From Synergistales bacterium (GTDB taxonomy: Bacteria > Synergistota > Synergistia > Synergistales > JAFGMB01): DNA of 64,000 nt. This document shows, one piece after another, positions 29,771 through 38,399 of this stretch. Positions within the stretch are counted from its first letter, which is position 1. The number at the start of each line of letters is the position of its first letter. Location of the stretch: NCBI GenBank assembly GCA_963666205.1, contig OY762654.1, positions 1,760,001 through 1,824,000 of the forward strand, read 5' to 3'. A program made the translations under genes and the position numbers. The notes below the pieces were generated by a model. That model was not told the origin of the DNA. It worked only from the letters and a program-made list of their open reading frames with translations, and ran no database searches.

Positions 29771-29985
29771 ACTAATTGAATCTCCTGATATGCGATACAT
29801 GAGTAATGATCCTGTATTTCCGACTCTGGTTTTGCTGACACTATTTTTGTAAGTATTGTACTGGAGTTTCCAGAGAAACGGGTTTCTTCTGGCCATTCTG
29901 AATTTACTTATCCTGATCATGTATTGCTATAAGAGGACAATACATCTTTCCAAAGGGAGAGATGAACTTCAAGGAGGCGATACAA

Positions 29986-30261
29986 ATGCCGAGATTTAAC
30001 GGAAGAGGGCCAAGAGGTATGGGTCCCGGAACAGGATGGGGCCTTGGTCCCTGTGGAGCAGGCAGAGCCTGGGGCCGTGGAGGCGGATATGGGTATGGCT
30101 GGAGAGTGCCTATGGCAGACAGTGGTTATTATCCTCCATATGCTGCGCCTGTACAGCCTGCACCCCAGGATGAAAAGGTCTTTCTTCAGGATCAGCTGGA
30201 CTATCTTGAATCTGAAGTCAGGCGGATACGGGAAAGAATGGATGATCTCGATAAGGCTTAA
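29986..30261 (+). CDS. DUF5320-like Gly-rich small protein with C-terminal coiled coil
   Basis: MPRFNGRGPRGMGPGTGWGLGPC start and EKVFLQDQLDYLESEV end; ATG after AAGGAGG. Confidence 0.75.
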   Translation: MPRFNGRGPRGMGPGTGWGLGPCGAGRAWGRGGGYGYGWRVPMADSGYYPPYAAPVQPAPQDEKVFLQDQLDYLESEVRRIRERMDDLDKA

Positions 30262-30375
30262 CCCTGATCTTTTCTTCTTACCCCATGTTAACTTTCTTTA
30301 AGAGAGGGGAGTTTTCTCTCCTCTCTTGATTTTGTCTGTTTCTCCGATACAATCAGGGAATGCCAATTGCCAACT

Positions 30376-30394
30376 GAACAGAATAATCAATATC
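30376..30394 (+). promoter_or_regulatory. Weaker Fur-box-like site
   Basis: gaacagaataatcaatatc, 14/19 to consensus; shares ATAATCAATATC with the site at 32634. Confidence 0.45.
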
Positions 30395-30438
30395 AATAAA
30401 CCATTATTTTAGATGGAACAAGAAAATCAACGGAGGAC

Positions 30439-31293
30439 GTGATCTCGGAAATGTTTCGAATAGCAGTTGCAAGCGGCAAGGGAGGTACCGGAAAAACGTG
30501 TGTTGCCTCATCACTTGCATTGACGGCAGGTCAGGCTGTTGCCGTTGATGTGGATGTGGAAGAACCCAACCTTGCTATTCTTATGGGAACAGAAATGAGA
30601 CATCATCTTGATGTTACAGTACCTCTTCCCGTAATAAATGAAGATAAATGTACAAAATGTGGTAAATGTGCCGAGGCCTGCCGTTTTGGAGCCCTGGCCA
30701 TTTTTCCTGACAAATATCCTATCCTTAACAGTTCTCTCTGTAATGGTTGCGGTACATGTTCTATTGTCTGTCCATATTCTGCCATAACTGAAACGAAAAG
30801 AGTAGTTGGAGAATTGAATTACGGGGAAGAAGGATCTATCAGGATACTTGAAGGGCGTCTTAATGTAGGTGTCTACAATGCCATACCTATCATCGAGAAG
30901 ACTCTTAATGAAGCTGAAAAATGGGACACTACCCATGTGATAGACTGTTCTCCCGGCACATCCTGTCCCATGGTGGCAGCGGTGGGGCGGGCCGATTATG
31001 TGGTTTTAGTGACAGAACCGACTCCCTTTGGCCTGGCGGATCTTGCTCTTGCCCTTACGGTGGTCAGGGATCTTGGCATACCGGCAGGAGTAGTGGTCAA
31101 CAGGGCAGATCTTTCCGGAGGGGATCTGGGTCCTCTATGTGACAAGTTCGGAGTGGATGTTATTGCCAGTCTGCCCTTTTCAAGACAGGTCGCGAAAGCC
31201 TATGCCAGTGGTATTTCCCCAATCAGGGTCGATGCAAACTGGCGGGAGGCTATGAAAAAAGTATTAAACAGGGCAGAGGAGGCACTTCAATGA
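30439..31293 (+). CDS. MinD/CbiA-like P-loop ATPase with inserted 2x[4Fe-4S] ferredoxin domain (COG1149-like)
   Basis: SGKGGTGKT, DVDVEEPN, two CxxCxxC..C motifs and VTEPTPFG. Confidence 0.85.
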   Translation: MISEMFRIAVASGKGGTGKTCVASSLALTAGQAVAVDVDVEEPNLAILMGTEMRHHLDVTVPLPVINEDKCTKCGKCAEACRFGALAIFPDKYPILNSSLCNGCGTCSIVCPYSAITETKRVVGELNYGEEGSIRILEGRLNVGVYNAIPIIEKTLNEAEKWDTTHVIDCSPGTSCPMVAAVGRADYVVLVTEPTPFGLADLALALTVVRDLGIPAGVVVNRADLSGGDLGPLCDKFGVDVIASLPFSRQVAKAYASGISPIRVDANWREAMKKVLNRAEEALQ

Positions 31294-32165
31294 GACCTCG
31301 TGAAGTTGTTATTGTAAGCGGCAAGGGGGGTACGGGAAAGACATCCCTTTCTTCGGTTCTCTGTGCAAAGGCAGCCGGAAAAGCCGTTTTTGCAGATACT
31401 GACGTTGACGCGCCGGATCTCTGGATACTTCTTAAGCCCGAAGAAAAGAAGCGTTTTGTTTTCCACGGTCTTGAAAAGGCAAAGGTTGATCAGGGAAAAT
31501 GTATAGGCTGCGGAAAATGTGCCCGAACCTGCCGATTCAACGCCATAGAACTCCAGGATGGAAAGGCTTTTGTTAACACCACTTTCTGTGAGGGCTGTGC
31601 GGCCTGCACTTATGTTTGCCCCACGAAATGTATTTCCCTTGAGCAGATAACACAGGGGCATTACTTTTACGGTGAGACAGAGCATGGTCCCATGTGGCAT
31701 GCTCTCCTTGATCCGGGTGGAGAGAATTCTGGAATGCTTGTTTCACTCATCAGAAGATCTTCAGCTGAAACCGCAGAGGATATGGGGCTTCCCCTGATAG
31801 TGATTGATGGACCTCCCGGAGTTGCCTGTCCGGCTATATCGACCCTCACAGGAGCTGACCTGGCGGTTGTTGTAACGGAGCCGACCCTTTCGGGCTGGCA
31901 CGATCTCAAAAGAGTCGGAGAACTCTGTCGGCAGTTGAGAGTTCCCATGACCGTAGTGATAAACAAGTACGATCTTGCCCCCGATGAAGCCGAAAATATT
32001 TCCCGGAAATGCCAGGATAGCAATTGGCCTGTTCTGGGTATGATACCCTTCCGCAGGGAAGTTGTAGATGCTGTTTCACAGGCCCGGATCCCGGTGGAGG
32101 AACTATCTCCGGAGATCAACGTGATCTGGAGGGCAATAAAAACTCATACAGGTTTAGATATCTGA
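31290..32165 (+). CDS. Second P-loop ATPase with inserted ferredoxin domain (COG1149-like)
   Basis: SGKGGTGKT, DTDVDAPD, two CxxCxxC motifs, ENSG, DGPPG and VTEPT; ATGA overlap with the previous gene. Confidence 0.85.
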   Translation: MRPREVVIVSGKGGTGKTSLSSVLCAKAAGKAVFADTDVDAPDLWILLKPEEKKRFVFHGLEKAKVDQGKCIGCGKCARTCRFNAIELQDGKAFVNTTFCEGCAACTYVCPTKCISLEQITQGHYFYGETEHGPMWHALLDPGGENSGMLVSLIRRSSAETAEDMGLPLIVIDGPPGVACPAISTLTGADLAVVVTEPTLSGWHDLKRVGELCRQLRVPMTVVINKYDLAPDEAENISRKCQDSNWPVLGMIPFRREVVDAVSQARIPVEELSPEINVIWRAIKTHTGLDI

Positions 32166-32194
32166 CAAATACTTAAAAAGGAGTTGAGGTAATT

Positions 32195-32527
32195 ATGATA
32201 GCAGTATCATCCGATGGTAATTCCCTTTCAAGCATGATAGCCTCCCGTTTTGCAAGGGCGGCCTTCTTCCTCATTTTTGACGATGAGGGCAAGCTGCTGG
32301 AGGCCATGCCTAACGATACTTCAGATGTGGCTCATGGCGCTGGAGGCAGGGCTGTTCAACTGCTTTCAGCTAAAAAGGTGACATCTGTGGTGGGTCCCAT
32401 GTTCGGCCCCAATGCCTGTGTAGCCCTCAAGGCTGCGGGCATAAAGGCCTTTGAGGCCAGGGATATGACTGTTGAAGATGCAGTCAAAAAGGTTCTCCAG
32501 GGCGAAATGAAGGAAATGGTTTTTTAG
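32195..32527 (+). CDS. NifB/NifX-family (dinitrogenase FeMo-cofactor-binding-like) protein
   Basis: SRFARAAFFLIFD, HGAG and GPNA..LKAAGI motifs. Confidence 0.8.
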   Translation: MIAVSSDGNSLSSMIASRFARAAFFLIFDDEGKLLEAMPNDTSDVAHGAGGRAVQLLSAKKVTSVVGPMFGPNACVALKAAGIKAFEARDMTVEDAVKKVLQGEMKEMVF

Positions 32528-32565
32528 AATAATCCATCATCTCCCATTATATAAATAATCTTCAT

Positions 32566-32593
32566 GGCCCCACTACGGTGGGGTCTTTTTTTT
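32566..32593 (+). terminator. Intrinsic terminator
   Basis: ggccccac-tacg-gtggggtc followed by a T-tract. Confidence 0.8.
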
Positions 32594-32604
32594 GGGGAAA
32601 GTAC

Positions 32605-32652
32605 TTGCTATATACCCCTTAGGAGCATATAATGCTATTGATAATCAATATC
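32605..32652 (+). promoter_or_regulatory. Sigma70 promoter with a Fur box immediately after the -10 element
   Basis: ttgcta(32605)-17 nt-tataat(32628); GCTATTGATAATCAATATC at 32634-32652 matches consensus at 16/19. Confidence 0.75.
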
Positions 32653-32705
32653 AATATTCAATATCGCTGTTATAGATTTCCTGTAGCAGGTCAGGAGGAT
32701 TAGAA

Positions 32706-32951
32706 ATGCCATGGGTGAGAGATGATCTTTGTGTTAATTGTGGTAAGTGTATAGAGTCCTGTTCTTCGGGAGCCATATCCATGAAGGGTGGAAAAGCCTT
32801 GGTATCTCAGGAAAAATGTATTAAATGTGGGGCATGTATGCCTGTTTGTCCTGAGGGTGCTATAAGGCCGAATTCAGAAAATCCGGCCTTGGCTGGTAGA
32901 TCTGGAGCGGGATATGGTTTTGGCCAGGGAATGAGCCGTTTGAGAAAGTAG
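32706..32951 (+). CDS. 2x[4Fe-4S] ferredoxin with Gly-rich tail
   Basis: CVNCGKCIESC and CIKCGACMPVCP. Confidence 0.88.
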   Translation: MPWVRDDLCVNCGKCIESCSSGAISMKGGKALVSQEKCIKCGACMPVCPEGAIRPNSENPALAGRSGAGYGFGQGMSRLRK

Positions 32952-32962
32952 AGAGGTCTATT

Positions 32963-33316
32963 ATGCCCTGGATATCCCCTGAAAAATGCGTTGGTTGTGG
33001 AATATGCGTACATAAGTGTCCTGTCGGAGCGATCTCCATCAGGTATAGTGCCGCAGAACTGGATATGGACCAGTGTATTCGCTGTGGAATATGTCATGAC
33101 GTATGTCCCAGAATGGCAATAAGACATGATAGTGAGCGGATTCCACGGGAGATTCAGTCTAATCTTGAAAAAGCGGAAAGATCAATGGCGGAATGTGTAA
33201 GGTTGCTGGGAAATCCCAATGAAAGAATTAAGTGTCATGAAAGGCTGGTAAAACATTTCAACAAGGAAAAGATAGTTATCGAAGAAACCCTTAAAGAACT
33301 TGAGAGAATCAGGTAG
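32963..33316 (+). CDS. 2x[4Fe-4S] ferredoxin with helical C-terminal extension
   Basis: CVGCGICVHKCP and CIRCGICHDVCP. Confidence 0.88.
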   Translation: MPWISPEKCVGCGICVHKCPVGAISIRYSAAELDMDQCIRCGICHDVCPRMAIRHDSERIPREIQSNLEKAERSMAECVRLLGNPNERIKCHERLVKHFNKEKIVIEETLKELERIR

Positions 33317-33467
33317 GGTCCGTTAAATACAGTTTTTATGATGTATAGGGGACTTCTCCAATCGGTCAGCATGAATCCTGTAAGCAGACCAATAATCAAG
33401 GTTGCGCAGGCCTATGTACCTGCTCCGCCTTGTTGTTAACTTTAGAGAAACAGGAGTGTGATGAAGT

Positions 33468-34421
33468 TTGAACAAGGAGCGTATCAGGAATTTCCCCATT
33501 TCCTTTTTTGCGGTTTCCATGGGGATCACCGGAGTTGTTCTTATGGTCGAAAAGATGGAACATCTGATTCTCATTCCCCACATTTTTTCGAGTTTCCTTT
33601 TATTGTTTTCCCTTGCCCTTTTCGTAATCATCAGTGGTTTGTATTTTACAAAGGTCTTTTCCTATCCCCGTGTTGTGGCAGAAGAACTTCTGCATCCCAT
33701 AAAAATGCACTTTCTTCCCACTTTTTCGGTGAGCCTTCTTCTTCTGTCAGTAGCTTTTCTTGGAGAATATCCCGTCCTTTCGAAATCATTCTGGATACCA
33801 GGGACGGTTTTACATTTGATCATTACCCTTTACACATTATCCAGCTGGGTACAGCGCCAGGATTTTGAAATTCAGCATGCCAATCCATCCTGGTTCATAC
33901 CCATCCTTGGAAATCTGATAATTCCGGTTGCGGGAGTGATCCATGCCCCTCTTGAATTGAACTGGTTTTTCTTTAGTGTGGGTTTATTTTTCTGGGTACT
34001 CCTTTTTGCTGTATTGCTCAACAGGATCATATTTCATCATCCCATTCCAGAAAAACTTATCCCAACCTTCTTCATTCTCATGGCTCCGCCTGCAGTTGCT
34101 TTTATCTCCTATGTCAAGCTTACCGGAAGGATAGATCTCTTTGCCCAATCTCTCTATTCCCTTGCTCTTTTCATGTTTCTCTTTGTGATCAGCCAGTTGA
34201 AACTTTTTGCAGGGATCAGGTTTTATCTGTCATGGTGGGCCTATTCCTTTCCCCTCGCAGCCCTGGGACTTGCCTCTTCCCTTATTTTTTCGAAAACGGA
34301 GAGGGTCTATTACCAGTATGGAGCCATATTTTTCTTTATCATCCTTCTGGGGGTGGCCGGCTTTCTCGTATTCCTCACAATAGGACAGATTAAGGCAGGC
34401 AGGATCTGCGTTGAAGAATAA
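33468..34421 (+). CDS. SLAC1/TDT (TehA-like) anion channel / dicarboxylate transporter
   Basis: FFAVSMG, EELLHP..FLPT, NPSWFIP, LMAPPA and SWWAYSFP; about 10 TM segments. Confidence 0.88.
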   Translation: MNKERIRNFPISFFAVSMGITGVVLMVEKMEHLILIPHIFSSFLLLFSLALFVIISGLYFTKVFSYPRVVAEELLHPIKMHFLPTFSVSLLLLSVAFLGEYPVLSKSFWIPGTVLHLIITLYTLSSWVQRQDFEIQHANPSWFIPILGNLIIPVAGVIHAPLELNWFFFSVGLFFWVLLFAVLLNRIIFHHPIPEKLIPTFFILMAPPAVAFISYVKLTGRIDLFAQSLYSLALFMFLFVISQLKLFAGIRFYLSWWAYSFPLAALGLASSLIFSKTERVYYQYGAIFFFIILLGVAGFLVFLTIGQIKAGRICVEE

Positions 34422-34561
34422 ATCACGGATCTTTCTGGATAGCATATGAGGGTGGAATTTCTTCAGACATGAAAACTAAGGCTTAGATATTCAATGGTAT
34501 TTGTTTGAAAGTTGTCCATGCTCCAGGTTTTCCGGGAGGATGTGGGATCATAAAAGTCATA

Positions 34562-34594
34562 AAAAGGGGGCCGGAAAAGATCCGGTCCCCTTTT
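34562..34594. terminator. Bidirectional terminator
   Basis: aaaagggggccgga-aaaga-tccggtcccctttt between convergent genes. Confidence 0.7.
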
Positions 34595-34611
34595 ATCGTC
34601 CTGCATGTTCT

Positions 34612-35172
34612 TTACAGTATGTTTTTCCCAGCTTCTTTAAGGTCTGCGATGAGTACTTCATCTTCAGATGCTTCATTTTTAGTGTACAGGTCAGGGTAGC
34701 AGAATTCTCCGGTTATCTCCATTTCCAGGAGCTTGCACGATTCCCTGAAAGAAAATAGAAGTCCGTCAAAGCAGCTCTCATGACTATCTCCTGCACTTGC
34801 AACAAGAATGGCCTTTTTCCCTTTAAGTGCCGAAAGAGCTTCATCAGAAACGAAGGGTACCAGTCTGTCAAGAACCGGTTTTATCTGAGAGCTCCATGAG
34901 TACCAGTACAAGGGTGTAGCAAAGATAACAGTATCAGCTTCTGCGAGGGATTCATAGATATTATCCATCTCATCGTCTATTATGCAGGGACGTCCTCCGC
35001 TCCAGCATTTCCGGCAGTCAAGGCATCCATCGATGGTCATGTCTCCCAGGCGGAACCTGTCTATCTCAACATCTCCATCGAACTCTGATACCAGAGCTTC
35101 GGCCATGGTTTCACTGTTCCCGCCCTTTCGGGGACTTCCAAGAAGCAAGCAGATCCTTTTCATAGTTTTCAT
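34612..35172 (-). CDS. Flavodoxin-like / iron-sulfur flavoprotein (NADPH-dependent FMN reductase family)
   Basis: GSPRKGGNS, CLDCRKC..C and ATPLYW. Confidence 0.85.
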   Translation of the reverse strand: MKTMKRICLLLGSPRKGGNSETMAEALVSEFDGDVEIDRFRLGDMTIDGCLDCRKCWSGGRPCIIDDEMDNIYESLAEADTVIFATPLYWYSWSSQIKPVLDRLVPFVSDEALSALKGKKAILVASAGDSHESCFDGLLFSFRESCKLLEMEITGEFCYPDLYTKNEASEDEVLIADLKEAGKNIL

Positions 35173-35576
35173 CTCCTTTTTTCTTTTTTCTCTATCCTCA
35201 GAAAAACGCCTTTCCTGTAACTGTTGTTCTCAAGATCTTTCCTGATATTCTCTGTTGCTTCGATAAGCCTGGCTATGTCTACCTGTCTGAAACAGGGTCC
35301 GTATTGTTGAAGAAGTCCTGTTCCTGAATCAAGCAGGGTCTTCGCACCTCTTGTATTATCTCTGCTGAGATGATACATCGCAACAGCTAAATGGAGCAAT
35401 CCCTGGTAAAAGGATCGTATTTGGGAATCTCCGAACCCCCACAGGTGTTCCATAACATCATGACAACGGTAAAATTCCCCTTTGTTGAAAAGATCTATTC
35501 CGTAATCGAGGATTTCAGTTTCTTTCCACAAGACCAGATCATCAATGGGAGTATTTCCATTTATTCTTTCCAGCAT
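35169..35576 (-). CDS. DUF309-family protein
   Basis: LFNKGEFYRCHDVMEHLW..YQGLLHLAVAMYH motif; start position uncertain. Confidence 0.8.
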   Translation of the reverse strand: MLERINGNTPIDDLVLWKETEILDYGIDLFNKGEFYRCHDVMEHLWGFGDSQIRSFYQGLLHLAVAMYHLSRDNTRGAKTLLDSGTGLLQQYGPCFRQVDIARLIEATENIRKDLENNSYRKGVFLRIEKKEKRR

Positions 35577-35702
35577 GGGTTTCACCGTCCCTTTGTAACA
35601 GTTTAGGAAAAATATTTGAAATAGTAAAACTTTTTCTTGACTTATTGAAGAATACATAATACATTATCCTGCATATCGGTATTTATCAAAACAGGCCGTT
35701 TA

Positions 35703-36395
35703 ATGGAGTTGATTTCAATGCAGAATAATCTGGCCAAAAACAGCATGTACAACCTTCCTGAAAGTTTCCTCATGGGTGCAGGAGAAAAACGTGAAAAGAC
35801 GGGCAATATGCCTGGTCTTGTCTATCCCTCCTTCTTCAAGGGTTCCTGGATAGCCGTTGATTTCATAGGTTTCATGAAAGAGGCAGCATCAGTTGGGATT
35901 TCGTGGCCTGCTCTCCTGCTCAGAAAAGTCGTTGTAGATCTGATCAGGGAAAACCCGGCCCCGAACACCCTCGTATGTTACATGAGATTCGCCCACATGC
36001 TTAAAGTTCTTTTTCTCTCGGACGAAGGCTGTCGTGATAATAATTGCGGACATAGTCTTTTCAGGGAATATAAGGGATATCTGGCCGAGGGGAATAAGAT
36101 TTCCAGGCCCGTTATTATAAGACCTGTTGCTTTCTGGGATGGAAAGGGCATGGTAATGGCCCTCTGGCCCGGAGGGAAAGATGGATGTGCCCACTATGCC
36201 AGTGATCCAAGGATCCTTGATGCCGGCAATTTCCTGGACTATTCCAGTTTTCCCAGATCCATGTTCAGTATGCCTTCCAATATTGACCGGCCAGGATCAG
36301 ATCAGACGAGCATTCCCCTGGAACCTGTCTCCATGTTCGAATATGATGGAGTTATATATACACACGGTAACATCTGGTTTTCCTATCCATCCTGA
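35703..36395 (+). CDS. Hypothetical protein
   Basis: 230-aa ORF filling the gap and followed by a terminator; no motif recognised. Confidence 0.55.
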   Translation: MELISMQNNLAKNSMYNLPESFLMGAGEKREKTGNMPGLVYPSFFKGSWIAVDFIGFMKEAASVGISWPALLLRKVVVDLIRENPAPNTLVCYMRFAHMLKVLFLSDEGCRDNNCGHSLFREYKGYLAEGNKISRPVIIRPVAFWDGKGMVMALWPGGKDGCAHYASDPRILDAGNFLDYSSFPRSMFSMPSNIDRPGSDQTSIPLEPVSMFEYDGVIYTHGNIWFSYPS

Positions 36396-36420
36396 TTCCC
36401 TGTTCTTTCTCCTCCTTTTG

Positions 36421-36450
36421 AAAGGCGCCTCTGTATAGAGGCGCCTTTTT
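36421..36450 (+). terminator. Intrinsic terminator
   Basis: aaaggcgcctct-gtat-agaggcgccttttt. Confidence 0.8.
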
Positions 36451-36473
36451 AATGTTGACAGATATTGACATAA

Positions 36474-36496
36474 CAAACAATATATTATATTGTTTG
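36474..36496. promoter_or_regulatory. Perfect inverted repeat upstream of the DUF2087 gene (candidate autoregulatory operator)
   Basis: caaacaatat-att-atattgtttg just after ttgaca at 36465. Confidence 0.6.
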
Positions 36497-36525
36497 CATA
36501 TAAACAAACATAAGGAGGTTATATT

Positions 36526-37281
36526 GTGAATTATTCCGGTGATGTTTTCTGGAGTGCCCAAATAGAAGATATGGTCAGGGGGTATGTTTTCCGTAAGGAA
36601 AATGCTGTTTTCCTCTGCCTGCTCTGTGGTAAGTCCTTTGAACAGGGAGTTATTTATCCCAATGGAACAGAACTTTTGGATGCGGAAAAGGCTATCTGCC
36701 GTCATATTGCGGATGAACATGGAGGAGTTTTCAGATCCCTTGTAGAGATGGATAGAAAGTATACTGGTCTTTCAGAAATCCAGCAATCCATACTTAAAGC
36801 TTTTCATGAAGGCAAGGGAGATAATGAAATTGCCAGGGAAATGGATATAGAAAAGTCTACGGTCAGGAATCATCGCTTTAAAATGAGAGAAAAGACAAAA
36901 CAGGCACGGGTTTTTCTTGCCCTGATGGAGCTCGCCGAAAAAAAGCAGAAAGAGAATGAAAAACTTGTTGAGATGCACAGAAATGCCCGGATGGTGGATG
37001 AGAGATATGCTATTACCATGGAAGAAGAGAAAAAACTTCTGAAAAAATATTTCAGGGAAGATGGAAAACTTGATCGCTATCCCATAAAGGCGAAGGATCA
37101 GATAGTTGTGCTCAGAAGAGTGGTGACTCTTTTTGAGACAGGGGAAAAATATTCCGAAAAACAAGTGAACGCTATTATCGAAGGTATTTTTGAAGATTAC
37201 GCTATTCTCAGGAGAAACCTTATTGAACACGGTTTTATGCAGAGAAGACCTGATGGAAGTGAATACTGGATAGTTTTTTAG
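36526..37281 (+). CDS. DUF2087-domain protein with LuxR-like HTH
   Basis: CLLCG, EIAREMDIEKSTVRNHRF, YSEKQVN and DYAILRRNLIEHGFM.R..DGSEYW. Confidence 0.82.
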   Translation: MNYSGDVFWSAQIEDMVRGYVFRKENAVFLCLLCGKSFEQGVIYPNGTELLDAEKAICRHIADEHGGVFRSLVEMDRKYTGLSEIQQSILKAFHEGKGDNEIAREMDIEKSTVRNHRFKMREKTKQARVFLALMELAEKKQKENEKLVEMHRNARMVDERYAITMEEEKKLLKKYFREDGKLDRYPIKAKDQIVVLRRVVTLFETGEKYSEKQVNAIIEGIFEDYAILRRNLIEHGFMQRRPDGSEYWIVF

Positions 37282-37380
37282 CACAATATATACAGTTTCT
37301 ACCTGAATATTTCTGAAACCTTGTCCTTTGTGCTAGTGCTGCGTTAAAATATAAAAGCAGAATTCAGGGCCAGGGGGGAT

Positions 37381-38193
37381 GTGGATATGGACAAGTGCAT
37401 AGGTTTTATTGGTGCCGGGCATATAACGGAGATGCTGATCTCAAGGATAATAGAAACTGGAGCAGTTGTTCCTTCAAGGCTGTCTATAAGCGATATAAAC
37501 AAGGACAGAGTCCTTTTTATGGAGGAAAAATTCGGACTCAGCGGAGCAATGAATAACAGGGAGCTTTTCCAGAAGTGCAAACATATTTTTTTCTGTATCC
37601 ATCCGCCAGTTGTCCAGAAAATCCTTGATGATCTCTATGGCCTGGATTTTTCAGATAAGCTTATAGTTTCCATTGCTGCTGGAATACCCATGAAGACCTA
37701 CTGTTACCTGGGGAATATTGCGGTCATAAGGGCTATTCCCAACCCTCCCAGCAAGGCCGGTTATGGCATAGTTCCCTACTCCCTTAACCCTTTTGTCACG
37801 GAAGAGCAGAAAAAGGAGATCCTGGAGCTTCTTTCTTCCCTCGGAGAGAGTTTTCCCATGAATGAGGATGCCATCAGTATTGTAACCTCCCTCAGCAGTC
37901 CCGTCACAACCTTCCTTTTTCTGGATTCCCTTGTTGAAGCGGGAGTTCTTGCAGGACTCAGCAGGAAAGATTCGATAAGGATAGTACATAAAACAGTCCT
38001 GGGTTGTCTTAAGATATGGGAAAAGGAGCCGGAAAAGACCTTTGCCGACCTCCTCTCGGAAGCCTGTACCCCAGGAGGTATTTCAGCAGAAACCCTTTTG
38101 ACTCTGGACCGATACGCCTTCCGTGCAGCAGTCAAGGATGGAATCCTCGAAGGAGTAGAAAAGGCCAGGGGGTTTTCCAGTTCTTATGAGTAA
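37381..38193 (+). CDS. Pyrroline-5-carboxylate reductase family protein (divergent)
   Basis: GFIGAG, VSIAAGI, IRAIPN and CTPGG. Confidence 0.75.
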   Translation: MDMDKCIGFIGAGHITEMLISRIIETGAVVPSRLSISDINKDRVLFMEEKFGLSGAMNNRELFQKCKHIFFCIHPPVVQKILDDLYGLDFSDKLIVSIAAGIPMKTYCYLGNIAVIRAIPNPPSKAGYGIVPYSLNPFVTEEQKKEILELLSSLGESFPMNEDAISIVTSLSSPVTTFLFLDSLVEAGVLAGLSRKDSIRIVHKTVLGCLKIWEKEPEKTFADLLSEACTPGGISAETLLTLDRYAFRAAVKDGILEGVEKARGFSSSYE

Positions 38194-38399
38194 TCACAGA
38201 TCCTGAAAAGGAAGACTGCTGCAATAAGAGCCTTTTAGAATTGACTTGCCAGGTCCTGGGTTAACAAAATCCCCGGGACCTTTATAATGGTTCCTGTTGA
38301 AGCATGAATGCAATGAGATACAGGTGAAGTTATGGCATAACAATAGATTTTATCACATGGATATTTAGCGTATCCCAATAAACCTGGGGGTGTATCATC

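Noticed and set aside
32195-32527. Nitrogen fixation locus
   Set aside because: A NifX-like domain alone, without nifHDK or nifEN; this family is common in non-diazotrophic anaerobes.
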